Positions 1 through 12,110 of a stretch of DNA of 64,000 bases are shown piece by piece. A program made the translations under genes and the position numbers. The notes under the pieces were generated by a model. It was not told the origin of the DNA. It ran no database searches and saw only the letters and a list, made by a program, of their open reading frames with translations. Source of the stretch: Macrostomum hystrix (Eukaryota; Animalia; Platyhelminthes); the NCBI GenBank assembly GCA_950097015.1, contig CATNEN010000012.1:3596001-3660000 (forward strand), given 5' to 3'. How positions within the stretch are numbered: position 1 is the first letter of the stretch; the number at the start of each line of letters is the position of its first letter.

Positions 1-14
1 CACCCACAATTTCC

Positions 15-344
15 TTGCAGCACAATCTGCAGAGATCAAGGCAGCAAAACCGATCCACTCCAGCCAATCGGGGCAGATCTAATTTGGCCAATAGCAGCGG
101 CGCCGGCCAATATCAAAGGCTGCATCAGCCGAATGACGCATCACGGACGTTATTAAATCCAGGTTGCAAAAAAGACAAGCAGGTGACACTGGAAGGTCAG
201 GAGAAGCGCAAGCGAGTAAGCTAAATCAGTTCCCGTTACAATTGCATGTCTATTTCGTATCTCTGGTATGCTTGAATTCTATCTAAAAAACGAAACCCAT
301 TTCAGATGCTCAAGAACTCAAAAGGTGTGCCGCCGCCAAACTGA
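15..344 (+). CDS. Possible last two coding exons of a gene entering from the left (..215, 306..344); unknown product
   Basis: Open frame 15-215 ends at a GTAAGC donor (216) in phase 0; tttcag acceptor at 305 continues MLKNSKGVPPPN-stop. No recognisable homology. Confidence 0.25.
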
Positions 345-2140
345 AACACAATAATTAGATTTTGAACGTTTCCTAACATCTTATATCCGCGTATAATATT
401 GCTCGTACACATGTTTTGATAAATTTATTTGCATGTCCCAAATGTTTTAATCTCTACTTTTTGTGCCGAAATAAACGCCAAAACTCAGCGCAATTATCAG
501 TGCATTTTATATAATAAATTATTTGTTCTTTATAATGTTTGCTTATAAAGTTATAAGTCAGTTTGATTCTAGATCAGTAAATAATTTTGTCACAAAATTA
601 CCTTTGTCGTTATGTTTTTTTTTGTAAAGTGATGTAATGTGATAAATTATATTTTGACTGATTGCTTTTACTAGACGTTTTTTACTAGCAGTTGTGAGTA
701 AATATAAATCTAGAAAAATACGCAAAAATATATGAAGCTATAGTCATTTTATCTGAAGTTTTTTTATAAACGGAGAATTACATAACTTTTTGACAATTTT
801 GTTGTTCTCATTTATGAACCCTTCAGTACTATTATAATAATAATTACCACACAATTACCAACAGTACCACATAAGTTTAGAAACTCTTCTTTAGAAGAGA
901 AAGATAACGAGAAAGAGAAGAGAAGAGAAACTCTTCTTTATAGTTTAGAAGCAAATCTTCAAACTTGTATATTACGTTACAAAGAGAGAATCCTAGATAT
1001 GACAACGGGATGAATTAAATGTGATGAGATAAGACAGTTGAGGGAGGATACAGAAGATAGATGAGACAGAGGAGAGATAAGACAGAAGAGAGATAAGACA
1101 GGGACTGAAGTCGGACGTGAACGACTTAAAAATGGAAAGCAATGACATCGTGTTATGCATTCATGAGCGTAAATATTCTTGGAGTACTCCTATTGGTCAT
1201 TATATATAAATGCGAGGCACTACACGAAACTCGGCAAGGATGCAACCGAAATAGCGTTTTCAACAACTTGTCACAGCAAACAAGAAAATTTGTTTAAGAA
1301 CAGAGCATTAGATGCATGACATCGTAATATGTCGTTTCCTTATCGCCATTTTAGCTTTCTGCGCAGAAATTTAAATTATATTTCTTTCGTCACGTGCAGC
1401 TAGTCCTTCAGTAGGCTTTGCCTGATACTGAGAGTGATATATGTATTGTATTGTGTGGGTTTGCATTTATAATTTTACGATTGTTATACAGAGTAGTTAG
1501 ACAGACAGTAGTAGTATTATTTAGATGTTGAATTGACAAAGAAACAATGTTTATATTAGGCCTAGTATAAATTTCATATACTAATCAAATGACTATTAAT
1601 TTTAATAATTTATCGATCATTTGACTATAATGTTAATTATTTAATTATTCTAGCTTATCTTCTGAATAACTATGAATATTGTTTCTTTAAAGAATAAAAA
1701 AATGAAAGTATAATTTTTTATAGCATCTGTAGCAGATGTTCTGGCTGTGCGGTTTCTATTTGCCCTAATTTCTGGTATTTGCACTTTGGTCTCACGTGAG
1801 TAATGTGTTACCTTGGTAGCTGAATGTGCCCGAGCAGTAAGGCACTCCCTAATATTTTAATTCCAGCCTTCCGGGGCTTTACGCAGTGGATTGAAGCTGC
1901 CCAGTATTCACGATCAGGAGAGTGAAAGAGGGAGAATTCCTTCTTAATACAGTCGGGAATTGTAGGCTTAAACTTTACTGGCCATACATTATGAAGGACT
2001 TCAGTATATATGTCTGTCTCGAGTAGTACACACTAAACAGTAAAGACAATACGCCTTAGTTAATTCAACAGTACGTTGGTACACCCTAAACAATAAAGAC
2101 AATATGCCTTTTAGTCAATTAAACAATATGATTAGCCTAT

Positions 2141-2435
2141 TCATTGTCAACAACAACAATATACGCCAGGTCTCTGCATGGTCCATGGCGTCAGAAGGCA
2201 TGTTTCAAGGCCTGGGCGCGAACAAAAGCAGGACCCCCGGCAGTATCCGGGGCGCCGGCGTCGGCTAGCAGGCAGTCGACGAAACGCTGAGTTTGCGCTT
2301 GCCCCCTCCGGTAGGGTGCTTGCATCGTCAGCAGAAGTACCTCTTGCACGGGCTGGGGGCAGTACTCCTCAGCTTGGATTAGGTGGCCTGCCAGCTGTAG
2401 CCGCCGACGGCGCAATAGCTATTCCTTGTCAGTAG
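2141..2435 (-). mobile_element. 5'-truncated RTE-clade LINE, 3' fragment
   Basis: Translation LRRRRLQLAGHLIQAEEYCPQP...RRGQAQTQRFVDCLLADAG resembles the RRLRxAGH...RRGRP...D C-terminus of RTE ORF2. It is followed by a (GTT)n tail; candidate TSD tagcctat at 2133-2140 and 2436-2443. Confidence 0.6.
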
Positions 2436-2902
2436 TAGCCTATAGAACTAGTACAGCTCGATACTTTATTCACAGTGTAATTTAGATAGAACTAACACAG
2501 CTCTGGTCCCTTTTGAAATAATTAACACTACATTATTGATTTAAAGAACACTAGTCATATATGGCTTTAACTCTGATTGGTTTGAGCACCAAATACAGTT
2601 TGTATTTTTTAAGACACAGAAGCTACCTCTATATATTATATATCATAAAAATGGGGGCAGTGGCAAAGATTAAAACAAATTGTTGCAAGTGATTTTTTAA
2701 AGGAAATTTACTAATTGTTGCATAAAGGATTAGTGGCGCCTAATATAAAAAAAAATAATTCCTTAGTATAAATCCATACACAAGTTTTGGCAATGTTCTA
2801 CTTCCATTCGTTTTATTATTTTTTTGTTTTCAAACGACAGATAACAACAATTAACAAGTTTAACGGTAACAAAAAGTCAGTCGTTGGTCAGTCTTTCTTC
2901 CC

Positions 2903-4126
2903 TCAAACCGGGTAATAGTGCCTAATCCAGTTGAGGAGGGCACTGAAGCTATACTTGGGGTATAGACAGCACCATAGGAATTCTTTGAGGTGGCTTTCAA
3001 ATAGAGCAGCACTTGTGCCATGCATTTGGTGCAGCTTGGCCTTTGCATGGGCCCAGGTGCCCTCGATGGTATTCATATAGAGTGTCGGATCGGCCAGGTC
3101 CACAAAGTGGAGCCTGTGGTTGACAAATGCGTGGTTCTGCAAGCCAGCATATGCGAGCCACCCATCGGTCAAGATGCGGGTCCCTGGCAGGCTTACATGT
3201 GCAACACCCAGCCGACCCGGCCAAACCGGCCGGGTGAAACGAGGGCCAAGCAAGGTAAGTTGCAAAAACCAATCAACCAAACGCAAAAAAATCAAAGGGA
3301 GGACCAAGGGACAAAAAAGGAAGGCGTGAAGAAAAGGAAAAAGGGGAGAGATAAAGAGAGCAAATGAGAGAAAACTAAGTCGTAAATTTCTCAAAAGAGC
3401 AAAAACTAAGTTGCATGGCTGGCTAAGATTTGGTAGGTTGCGCATGTATGCTGGCAGGATGTGGCGCTGCAGAATGGGTGTCAATGTTGCAGCCGACCTG
3501 TCCTCGACGATGGCCATCATACAGTTACCAGTTCCTCGCTCGACCATTCCGAGCACCCAATGGCCTTCCCTCCAGGCTCCGCGGTGATATTTTTGATGCA
3601 TGAATTTTGACTTGTCGACCTCGACAATGATGCCTGGGCCACCAAGCTGGACGGGATGGTCAAGCAAATATTGTTGGCAAATGTCCCGAAGAAATTGCTG
3701 CCAGTCAACCGCAGTCTGGTGGGACAAGTGACAACCCTCTCGAATGGTGATTGATGGGTGTCCAATTGCCCAGTAATAGGCCAGCTCAACCAGCTGGGAC
3801 AGGGTGCAATGGGACCCTTCCCAGAACGACCCTTTCCACACCGACACTTGGGCATTGCAGTTGCGGCAGCCCTAGGCATACCCATCCATAAAGTGGTCAC
3901 CATCTTGACGCTGCACCTGCATCTCGATGTTGCAGCGACTGCAGTGCATTGTGTTGGCGAGCAGCCTGTACTTAACAAGCCAGCGCAGGGTTGCCTGGAC
4001 ATCTGCGGTCGCCGCACACATGTCCTGGATCTTAAAACTGTCCACAGTCAGGTTGAGCAGCTCTGCAGCATTCAGTATTCCATTTGGTGGCATAAATGCA
4101 GATGGGGCTGTAGGTCGTCCAGCCAT
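2903..4126 (-). pseudogene. Merlin/ISXO2-type DDE transposase pseudogene
   Basis: One frame from ATG 4126 (MAGRPT...): zinc motif CSRC...DGYA*GCRNC (TAG at 3872-3874 where the family usually has W); motifs VEVDKSKF, WVLGMVER, DRSAATL, ILTDGW, VNH, NTIEG; interrupted by a 267-bp insertion. Confidence 0.9.
3192..3450. mobile_element. 259-bp non-autonomous element (MITE; hAT- or P-like) nested in the Merlin ORF
   Basis: 8-bp TSD ctggcagg (3184-3191, 3451-3458); 14-bp TIRs cttacatgtgcaac / gttgcgcatgtatg (2 mismatches); removal restores HILP-GTRILTD. Confidence 0.88.
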
Positions 4127-6137
4127 ATAGTTATTTGAATTATTTGAATTATACTTATTTGAATGCAAGGTCTTGCAAAATCTTCAGCTACAGAATTCTG
4201 TGCTTCCTGTTCCCCCATATTTGCCAGATTTTGCCATAGACATAGATCATAGCCATAGACAAGTCAAGTCACTGCAAAGCCACGTTAGCATAACTTTTTC
4301 AAACTCAGAATGCATGTCAGCACAACTTTTTCAAACTCAGAATGCACATGTGGCACAAATTCAAACGAAAAATAATATAACAAACAGAAGTAGAACATTG
4401 CCTAAGTTTTATATATATATAGAAAAATTAGACTTTGGTGAAAATTAATAATAATAAAAACGCAATCTATTACACACATCAACATAATACTGTCATGAAA
4501 TGCTTTTGACTATAACCTATGGCAATGTTTATACTATATAGGCCTAATAATTTAGTAATTATAGTTTTTACTGATAATTAAATTACTAATAAGATACTGT
4601 TCCTTGGTAGCATATTTCTTACTTCACTTTTCACTAATTTTATGGCATGAGGTAACTGCCCTATTTGGGTTTAGCTGTTTAATTTTGTATACAAATTCTT
4701 CTGACCTAACAGTTTTAAAAGGCACATGTTTACAATGATGCAATTTAGTATGTGACTGCTGGCTTCTTTTTGAAAAAATCCTATACATTATAGCTGAAGG
4801 ACTGACTTAGACTTGTTGCTTTAGATAAAATTGTTGGGTTGGGCATAGGATTGCCAACTTTGCCAGAGTTGAAGGTGAAGCTCAAAGCCAGTTTTGGAGT
4901 GACAACATAATCAGCAGGGATGTAGTTGCAGTAGTTTTTGAAGGCCAAGCATGCAGACTTTGCCTTAGGCTACACTGAGGCTTCTTTTACATTGGAATGC
5001 TTGCCTCAAGCTGCTCTGCTTTGGCCTTCATAGAGGTGCACTGGCTACTGAATAAAAACAATAGAATCTAGTTTTGAAAAAAAACTTGTGATGCTGGCTA
5101 CAAAAAACTACACACATTACTGGCTGACTATAGCATCAATGTCCAGCTCCATAGACAGTTGTGATGGTGACTATCAAGAGTTATTCCCATGGTCTGTCTG
5201 CAAAGCCATTGTGGCAGAAAGTACTTCCCCAACTTTGATTGCTCCCTTGTACCAAAGTCAAAAGACTAAGGTTATTGCTCTGAACTAATTGGCATTACAT
5301 GGCTTCTATGCACTTTAAACAGACCTATTCCTTAGAATTCTTAAACTATTGAAAGCTCTCTGAATCTCAAAAATATTGCTGACATTCCATTCTTTAATCT
5401 GCATAGTATTGGCACCCTAGAAAGCACATTCAACTGTCAATCAGGTTTTCTCTAAGATTTTTTACTTTGTCAAGGTAGCAATGTTGCCTCATTGTGTCTT
5501 CACATCATTAGTGCTTTTAGCTTGAATAGGACACCACAACATATTATACCACTGTTATGAATTCGTTGTGGCACTTTTTGTAGCTGTATGGAATAAACAT
5601 TTATGTTATGAAAAAGGCACTAAAGAAATTAAAGCTGCACTGTAGTAGCTTACCTATTAAACTTCACAGGTTCAATGTTGTGAATGCTAGTGAGTGTGTG
5701 GTTCCTCTTCTAATATGACCTCAATTGCTATTACTATTAGCTCAATGGGTGTCTAAAATGGTTAGATGTGCTCATTTTAAAGTATTGTTATACTTAATAT
5801 TATAAAACTTGATCTCACCCCTAGAAATTAGAGAAATGTGCATTGACTTTGTCTGTCTCACACATACAACAATGTGATTCTAGATCCTTACTGATAATGA
5901 TACATAAGAGTCCCAATAAATAGATATAATTATATTTTGTTTTTATAAAGCTCAAAGTTTACAGTCAATCGATGTGAAATGAGTACTAATTATAGAATTT
6001 TTTAACTATTATACTCTGTATATTGTTATTAGGGTAATAAAGATTTGTATAACTGCCATTGAGTTATTTACTCACACTTTTTTTGATACAATGTACCAAA
6101 GTACATTAAAAAACTGAATAATACCTTTCAGAAACTA

Positions 6138-9100
6138 ATGGCACCATCATCAGCTTCTACTGAGCATATCAAGCTAATCCTTGCTAAATTAGAGGATGTA
6201 TTGAAAGCATACAACTTTGGTGAGTTATATAATTATCCTTTATTTCACTTAGCTAATGCCTGGATTAAAAGGTGAAAATGTGATTAAGAGTAACAAATTG
6301 ACTAAATGTAGTATTTAAAGCTGCTTTTGTTGAAAGAACAACAATTGTTGTTGATTGACCTGTCCACCTGGTTAACTTACTAATACTATTTGCTTCTCAA
6401 TTACTCTTAGATTGTCAGCAGCAGCAACAAAGACAGCAGCAGCTGGCCAGGGCAAGACTGTCGGCATCAACAACAAAACAACAACGAAGTAATGAATCAG
6501 TTGCTAAAGTGCAACAGCAACAGCAGCAGCATCGATCATCACCAACACGTACATTGGCTTCGTTTAGCTGTGAGGAAGCGGTCCAGACGCCTCAGCAGTC
6601 GACATCCGCTGCGCCAACAGGCAATAATAGCATTCTTGGCAGCGTCTTGGGCAGTCGGCGCAGGCGACGGCGCGGTCTCCTTGGCCGCCTGCTGAGGCAA
6701 TGCCTGCCTGCTGGCTTGGGGACAAAGGGCAGCGGCGACAGCAAGCCAAAGATACAGGTACAAATCATTTCACTAAAATATTTTCAGGACACGCCCTCTG
6801 TAGTGTCTGGGATTCGATACCAGGAGGTCCGATATCTCGTATTCGGGGCTTCTTTTTCTAGTATACTTGGCTTCTATATCTTGCATCCAAGGATTATATA
6901 TCTAGTATTCAAAGATTCGGTACCTAGAGAATTCGTTACCTAGAATTGGCACTTATCAAAGCCACCGCAGCAGTTCGCTAGGTATTCGATATCTAGTACC
7001 ATAGAATTCGTTACATAGTATTGGGGCATTCAGTACCTAGTACTATAGAATTCGTTGCCTAGTACCAGAAGGGTATTCAGTACCTAGTACCATAAGGGTA
7101 TTCAGTACCTAGTATCAGGGAATTCGATACCTAGTACCAGTGAATTCGTTACATAATATCAGGGAATTCGTTACCTAGTATCAGGGAATTCGTTACCTAG
7201 TATCAGGGAATTCGTTACCTAGTATCAGGGAATTCGTTACCTAGTATCAGGGAATTCGTTACCTAGTATCAGGGAATTCGTTACCTAGTATCAGGGAATT
7301 CGTTACCTAGTATCAGGGAATTCGTTACCTAGTATTAGGGAATTCGTTACCTAGTATCAGGGAATTCGTTACCTAGTATCAGGGAATTCGTTACCTAGTA
7401 TCAGGGAATTAGTTACCTAGTCTCGATATTTCTATTTTTGTAATTTATTTTCATCGCTCGCCCCTTCCCAGGTGCCTCTCGGCTGGGCCTCGGCCGTCAC
7501 TTTTAATTGGCGGCGTCAGACTTCAAATGTCAGCGGCGTTTCCGCAGATGTCGACAAAATCAATGACAACAGTGGCGGAGGCGGTCGGCTGCTGCACAAG
7601 CGCCTGAAGCGCTGTGGCTTAAGTAGCTTCGGTCATCACGAACCGGTTGTGCTAATCGGCCGTCGGGCTCGGCACAGCACCATTCTGATGGCGCGCGCCC
7701 GCCGACTAAGACGAAGTCTGCCGGCTAAACTGCGGCGCCAATTGGAGGGCCTAGGCAACGATCAGGCTGATGACGAGGAAGATGACGAAGAACAACAAGA
7801 CAAAGAACTGGAGGAGTTCAAGCAGCATTTTGCTAACAATGCTCAACATAGTCAGGACGACCTGCTGATGGCTCCCATCGCGCCAGTAGATTCCGTTGAC
7901 GTCATTGAAAGCTCCCTTGTAACTGACGAAGGCGCCGGTGTTGCCTCGTGCGCGGCCTCCGCTGCCGGCGTCGCATTCGCGCCAGACTCGGAGCAGTTGT
8001 CTGTGATTCTGGCCACACCGCAGCGTCGCGAGTTGGATGCCGAAGTGCGAAAAATTGAAGAAGAGATTAAAAATGTCCGGCAGCAGCTGGAGCAGCCGGA
8101 ATCCGAATCGCCGCTGATGCCAACGACGCCGCCGCCAAGGCGTCAGCTGCTTGTAACTAGCAGCGGCCTGGATCCCAGCGAAGTGGCCCAGTTAAGGCGG
8201 CTATGCGAGAATCACTCCGATTATTGCGCCTATCAGGCCAGGTTCCAGTTTGATCCGGCCTGTCACACTACTCACGTGGTCATCAGGGAGAGCGGTGCGG
8301 TCAGGGTTAGCGAGAGAACGCTAAAATACTTTCAGGTAATTTTACACTTGACATCTGCAGTGATGGTGGGGTGACAATCAATGCTCCCCGAAGTATCATT
8401 GGTACATTAGCAGTGCTCCCTGAAGTATCATTGGTACTAGCAGTGCTCCCTGAAGTATCATTGGTACTAGCAGTGCTCCCTGAAGTATCATTGGTAATAG
8501 CAGTACTCCCTGAAGTATCATTGGTACTAGCAGTACTCCCTGAAGTATCATTGGTACTAGCAGTACTCCCTGAAGTATCATTGGTACTAGCAGTACTCCC
8601 TGAAGTATCATTGGTAATAGCAGTACTCCCTGAAGTATCATTGGTACTAGCAGTACTCCCTGAAGTATCATTGGTACTAGCAGTACTCCCTGAAGTATCA
8701 TTGGTAATAGCAGTACTCCCTGAAGTATCATTGGTACTAGCAGTACTCCCTGAAGTATCATTGGTACTAGCAGTACTCCCTGAAGTATCATTGGTACTAG
8801 CAGTACTCCCTGAAGTATCATTGGTACTAGAAGTGCTCCCTGAAGTATCATTGATGCTAGCACTGGTCCCAGAAAGACCTTAGTTACTTGCAGTGGTCCC
8901 TAAGGAGTCAAGTTAAAAGCAGCAGTTCCTATAATATCTGACAGCTCTCGCTAAAAGTGCATAAAAAGCATTTCTACAAAAACATTTTTCCACTCAATCT
9001 TAAACGGGTTTCCCGCCCTTTCTCCCCCTCTCCGCAGGCGCTGGTGTCTGGCGCGTGGCTGCTGAGCTTCGACTGGGTGTCGGAGTCACTGGCCTCTGGC

Positions 9101-9592
9101 TCGCTGCAACCGGAGTCCAACTACGAGATCCAGGGCGACCTGTCGTGCGGCGTGAACCACATGGGGCCGGCCAGAAGCCGCCGAGGTCGCGCTCGCTGTC
9201 CCGGGCCGTCGCGTCTGTTGGAGCAGTTCAGCATCGCCCCAGTCGGCGAGTTCATCAACATGCCGACATTCGCACTGCAGACTCTGGTGCAGCAGTGCGG
9301 CGGTCAGTTCGTGGCAGAGCCGGAGCTGCTACCTCGGCGACAGCCCGCCGGCCGACTCAGCGTGGCCGTAGCCGATCAGGACGACGCCAGGTTCAGCGAG
9401 CCCCGCTGCCGCCACCTCGCGGCCTCCGGCGACATCGTCGTGCTGAACCGCGACTGGCTGCTGGACTCCATCAGCAAGTTCCGAGTGCAGCAGCTCGACA
9501 GCGCTGAGTACTGCATCGCTCCCGACTTCTCCGTTGTCATGCGGGTTCTGGCTCGCCAGAAAATCAGTTTGGCTGACCTTGCCGACTGTTAA
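6138..9592 (+). CDS. BRCA1: BRCA1-like protein, copy A (about 615 aa; tandem BRCT; no RING found)
   Basis: Exons 6138-6219, 6411-6757, 7472-8335, 9038-9592 with GT-AG sites and consistent phases (1,0,0). BRCT motifs VTSSGL, TTHVV, ERTLKYF, W..FDWV, YEIQGD..GVNHMGP, GEFINMP, NRDWLLDS match BRCA1. The first exon and start codon are less certain. Confidence 0.88.
7150..7420. repeat. 22-bp intronic minisatellite (gggaattcgttacctagtatca)
   Basis: About 12 near-perfect units; degenerate units extend left to about 6900. Confidence 0.95.
8381..8905. repeat. 30-bp intronic minisatellite (ttggtactagcagtactccctgaagtatca)
   Basis: About 16 units plus degenerate right edge, in the last intron of BRCA1-A. 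Confidence 0.95.
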
Positions 9593-9869
9593 CCCTGCTT
9601 GACAGGAATCTTGTTTCGTATTCCAGGGTTTTTCTGACATACTTAAAGTACATAGTTTCATATCATTGTGCCTTCCTGCACTGAAATTAAAAATTTAAGC
9701 CAAAATAATATCGCAATTGCTAAATTGACTTATTTTACGAGCGTACTAATCCTCTTCAGGCCTTCTCCCCCACCCGGAATTTCTTTGGTTAGGATTTTAA
9801 TAAACCTATGGGTCAGGAATCCTAATTAATTTAGAAATCCTCGCTGCTTTCTTAAATCCCTAGCTAAAA

Positions 9870-10395
9870 AATCCCACTGATTTGTAAAATCCCTAGATTA
9901 GAAATCCTCACTGATTTGTAAAATCCCTAGATTAGAAATCTTCACTGATTTGTAAAATCCCTAGACTAGAAATCCTCACTGATTTGTAAAATCCCTAGAT
10001 TAGAAATCTTCACTGATTTGTAAAATCCCTAGATTAGAAATCCTCACTGATTTGTAAAATCCCTAGATTAGAAATCCTCACTGATTTGTAAAATCCCTAG
10101 ATTAGAAATCTTCACTGATTTGTAAAATCCCTAGACTAGAAATCCTCACTGATTTGTAAAATCCCTAGATTAGAAATCCTCACTAATTTGTAAAATCCCT
10201 AGATTAGAAATCCTCACTGATTTGTAAACTGCCTAGGTTGGAAATTCCTACTGATTTGTAAAATCCATAGATTAGAAATCCTCACTGATTTGTAAAATCC
10301 CTAGATTAGAAATCCTCACTGATTTGTAAACTGCCTAGGTTGGAAATTCCTACTGATTTGTAAAATTCATTGATTAGAAATCCTCACTGATTCGT
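9870..10395. repeat. 34-bp minisatellite (ctgatttgtaaaatccctagattagaaatcctca)
   Basis: Period 34 (9911 to 9945); about 15 units. Confidence 0.95.
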
Positions 10396-11044
10396 CAACT
10401 CAAGAGATTTAGATATCCTCTTCGATCTCCCGAATCCCACGGTTTAAAATATTGAATCGTTTAAAAGTGTAATTTCACTGTTTGTTTTTTTGCGCCTAAG
10501 CCGCAGCCCTATTTGTCATTTCTGTTTACGTTTATGCTTTTTTCTCTACATTTTCTTGATAGAAGGCTTTCTATTTGTATTGGGGAATCGATTTGCACCT
10601 TTTACCTATCTTTGCTTACTTTTATACCAAGAAGGTCAATTTCTTAAGGCACCCAATATCCTTCAATCCTGGCATTTCATATGTTAGGGGTTATTGTAAC
10701 TGTTCATTAAAAAAACCCCACTTCCTATTTTATAATTCCTGCATTTTTAAACTAGTTTCTGCTTCCACAACGGCATGTACCGCAATGCAATAAGCATCTA
10801 GTTTAATTGCTTTTACTTTATTCACATTTTCTATTTTAAACTACTTTCGTTCTGGCTAGCTCCTAATTTTGCTAAATAATCTATTTTCTACTGTTTAATA
10901 TGCCTGTTAAATATTTATTTAGTGCCTAATGCGCGGAGTCTTATGTGCACGAGTAAAACGTTTTATCGCTCGGGACCTTGTTTATTAAAGCACTTTTCTG
11001 TTTCGAGATTTTTTTATTTAAATAGAAACTTAAGTCACCCCTGT

Positions 11045-11895
11045 AGTACTGAAGCCACACCCCTAGGGCTGAAGCCACACCTGATTATCTGAATCCACAC
11101 CTGTACTGTTGAAGCCACACCTTGGGGACTGTAGGAATACCATTAGGACTGAAGTCAAACTTTCAAGACTGTAGGACTAAAGCCACACCTTCATGACTGT
11201 AGGACTAAAGCCACACCTTCATGACTGTAGGACTGAAGCCAAACCTTCAAGACTGTAGGACTAAAGCCACACCTTCATGACTGTAGGACTAAAGCCACAC
11301 CTTCATGACTGTAGGACTGAAGTCAAACCTTCAAGACTGTAGGACTAAAGCCACACCTTCATGACTGTAGGACTAAAGCTACACCTTCATGACTGTAGGA
11401 CTAAAGCCACACCTTCATGACTGTAGGACTAAAGCCACACCTTCATGACTGTAGGACTGAAGCCAAACCTTCAAGACTGTAGGACTAAAGCCACACCTTC
11501 ATGACTGTAGGACTAAAGCCAAACCTTCAAGACTGTAGGACTGAAGCCAAACCTTCAAGACTGTAGGACTGAAGCCACACCTTCATTACTGTAGGACTAA
11601 AGCTACACCTTCATGACTGTAGGACTAAAGCTACACCTTCATGACTGTAGGACTGAAGCCAAACCTTCAAGACTGTAGGACTAAAGCCACACCTTCATGA
11701 CTGTAGGACTAAAGCCACACCTTCATGACTGTAGGACTAAAGCCACACCTTCATGACTGTAGGACTAAAGCCACACCTTCATGACTGTAGGACTAAAGCC
11801 ACACCTTCATGACTGTAGGACTAAAGCCACACCTTCAGGACTGTGGCTGCATCTGAAGATCTGAAGCTACACCCCTGGGGCACAAGCCACACCTC
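11045..11895. repeat. 28-bp minisatellite (gactgtaggactaaagccacaccttcat)
   Basis: About 25 regular units with degenerate edges. Confidence 0.95.
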
Positions 11896-12110
11896 TTAGG
11901 CTTAGGCCTTGTACTTTTCAACATTTCGTCGCAATCAACGCAAGAATAAATTACGATATTGGGAAGCTTAACCATAGACAGCTGGAGCATTCCGTCTTGT
12001 TTAGGCTAGATTAAAATATTTGTCATGCGGTCTGTTGTTAATCCACAGGTTTAAAAAATGCACGCAGCACAAACTGCAACACTGTCCGTAAAACAAAACC
12101 CGCAGTTGCC

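Larger units (their letters stand above)
2789..4402 (-). mobile_element. Merlin-superfamily DNA transposon (IS1016/IS1595-like), full length, decayed
   Basis: TIR ggcaatgttctacttc (2789-2804) is a perfect inverse of 4387-4402 and extends imperfectly to about 35 bp; GG termini; 8-bp TSD caagtttt/taagtttt (2781-2788, 4403-4410); encodes an ISXO2-type transposase. Confidence 0.92.

Noticed and set aside
1190-1240. ATTGG plus TATATAAA promoter-like pair
   Set aside because: No downstream ORF or LTR partner identified.
2903-3847. Bacterial IS1595 or contamination
   Set aside because: The N-terminal zinc motif, GG-TIRs, 8-bp TSD and eukaryotic flanks fit a resident Merlin element.
5561-5595. IRCGTFCSCM, reminiscent of a RING CxHxFCxxC segment
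   Set aside because: Wrong spacing, flanking stops, no usable splice sites, and no first CxxC pair.
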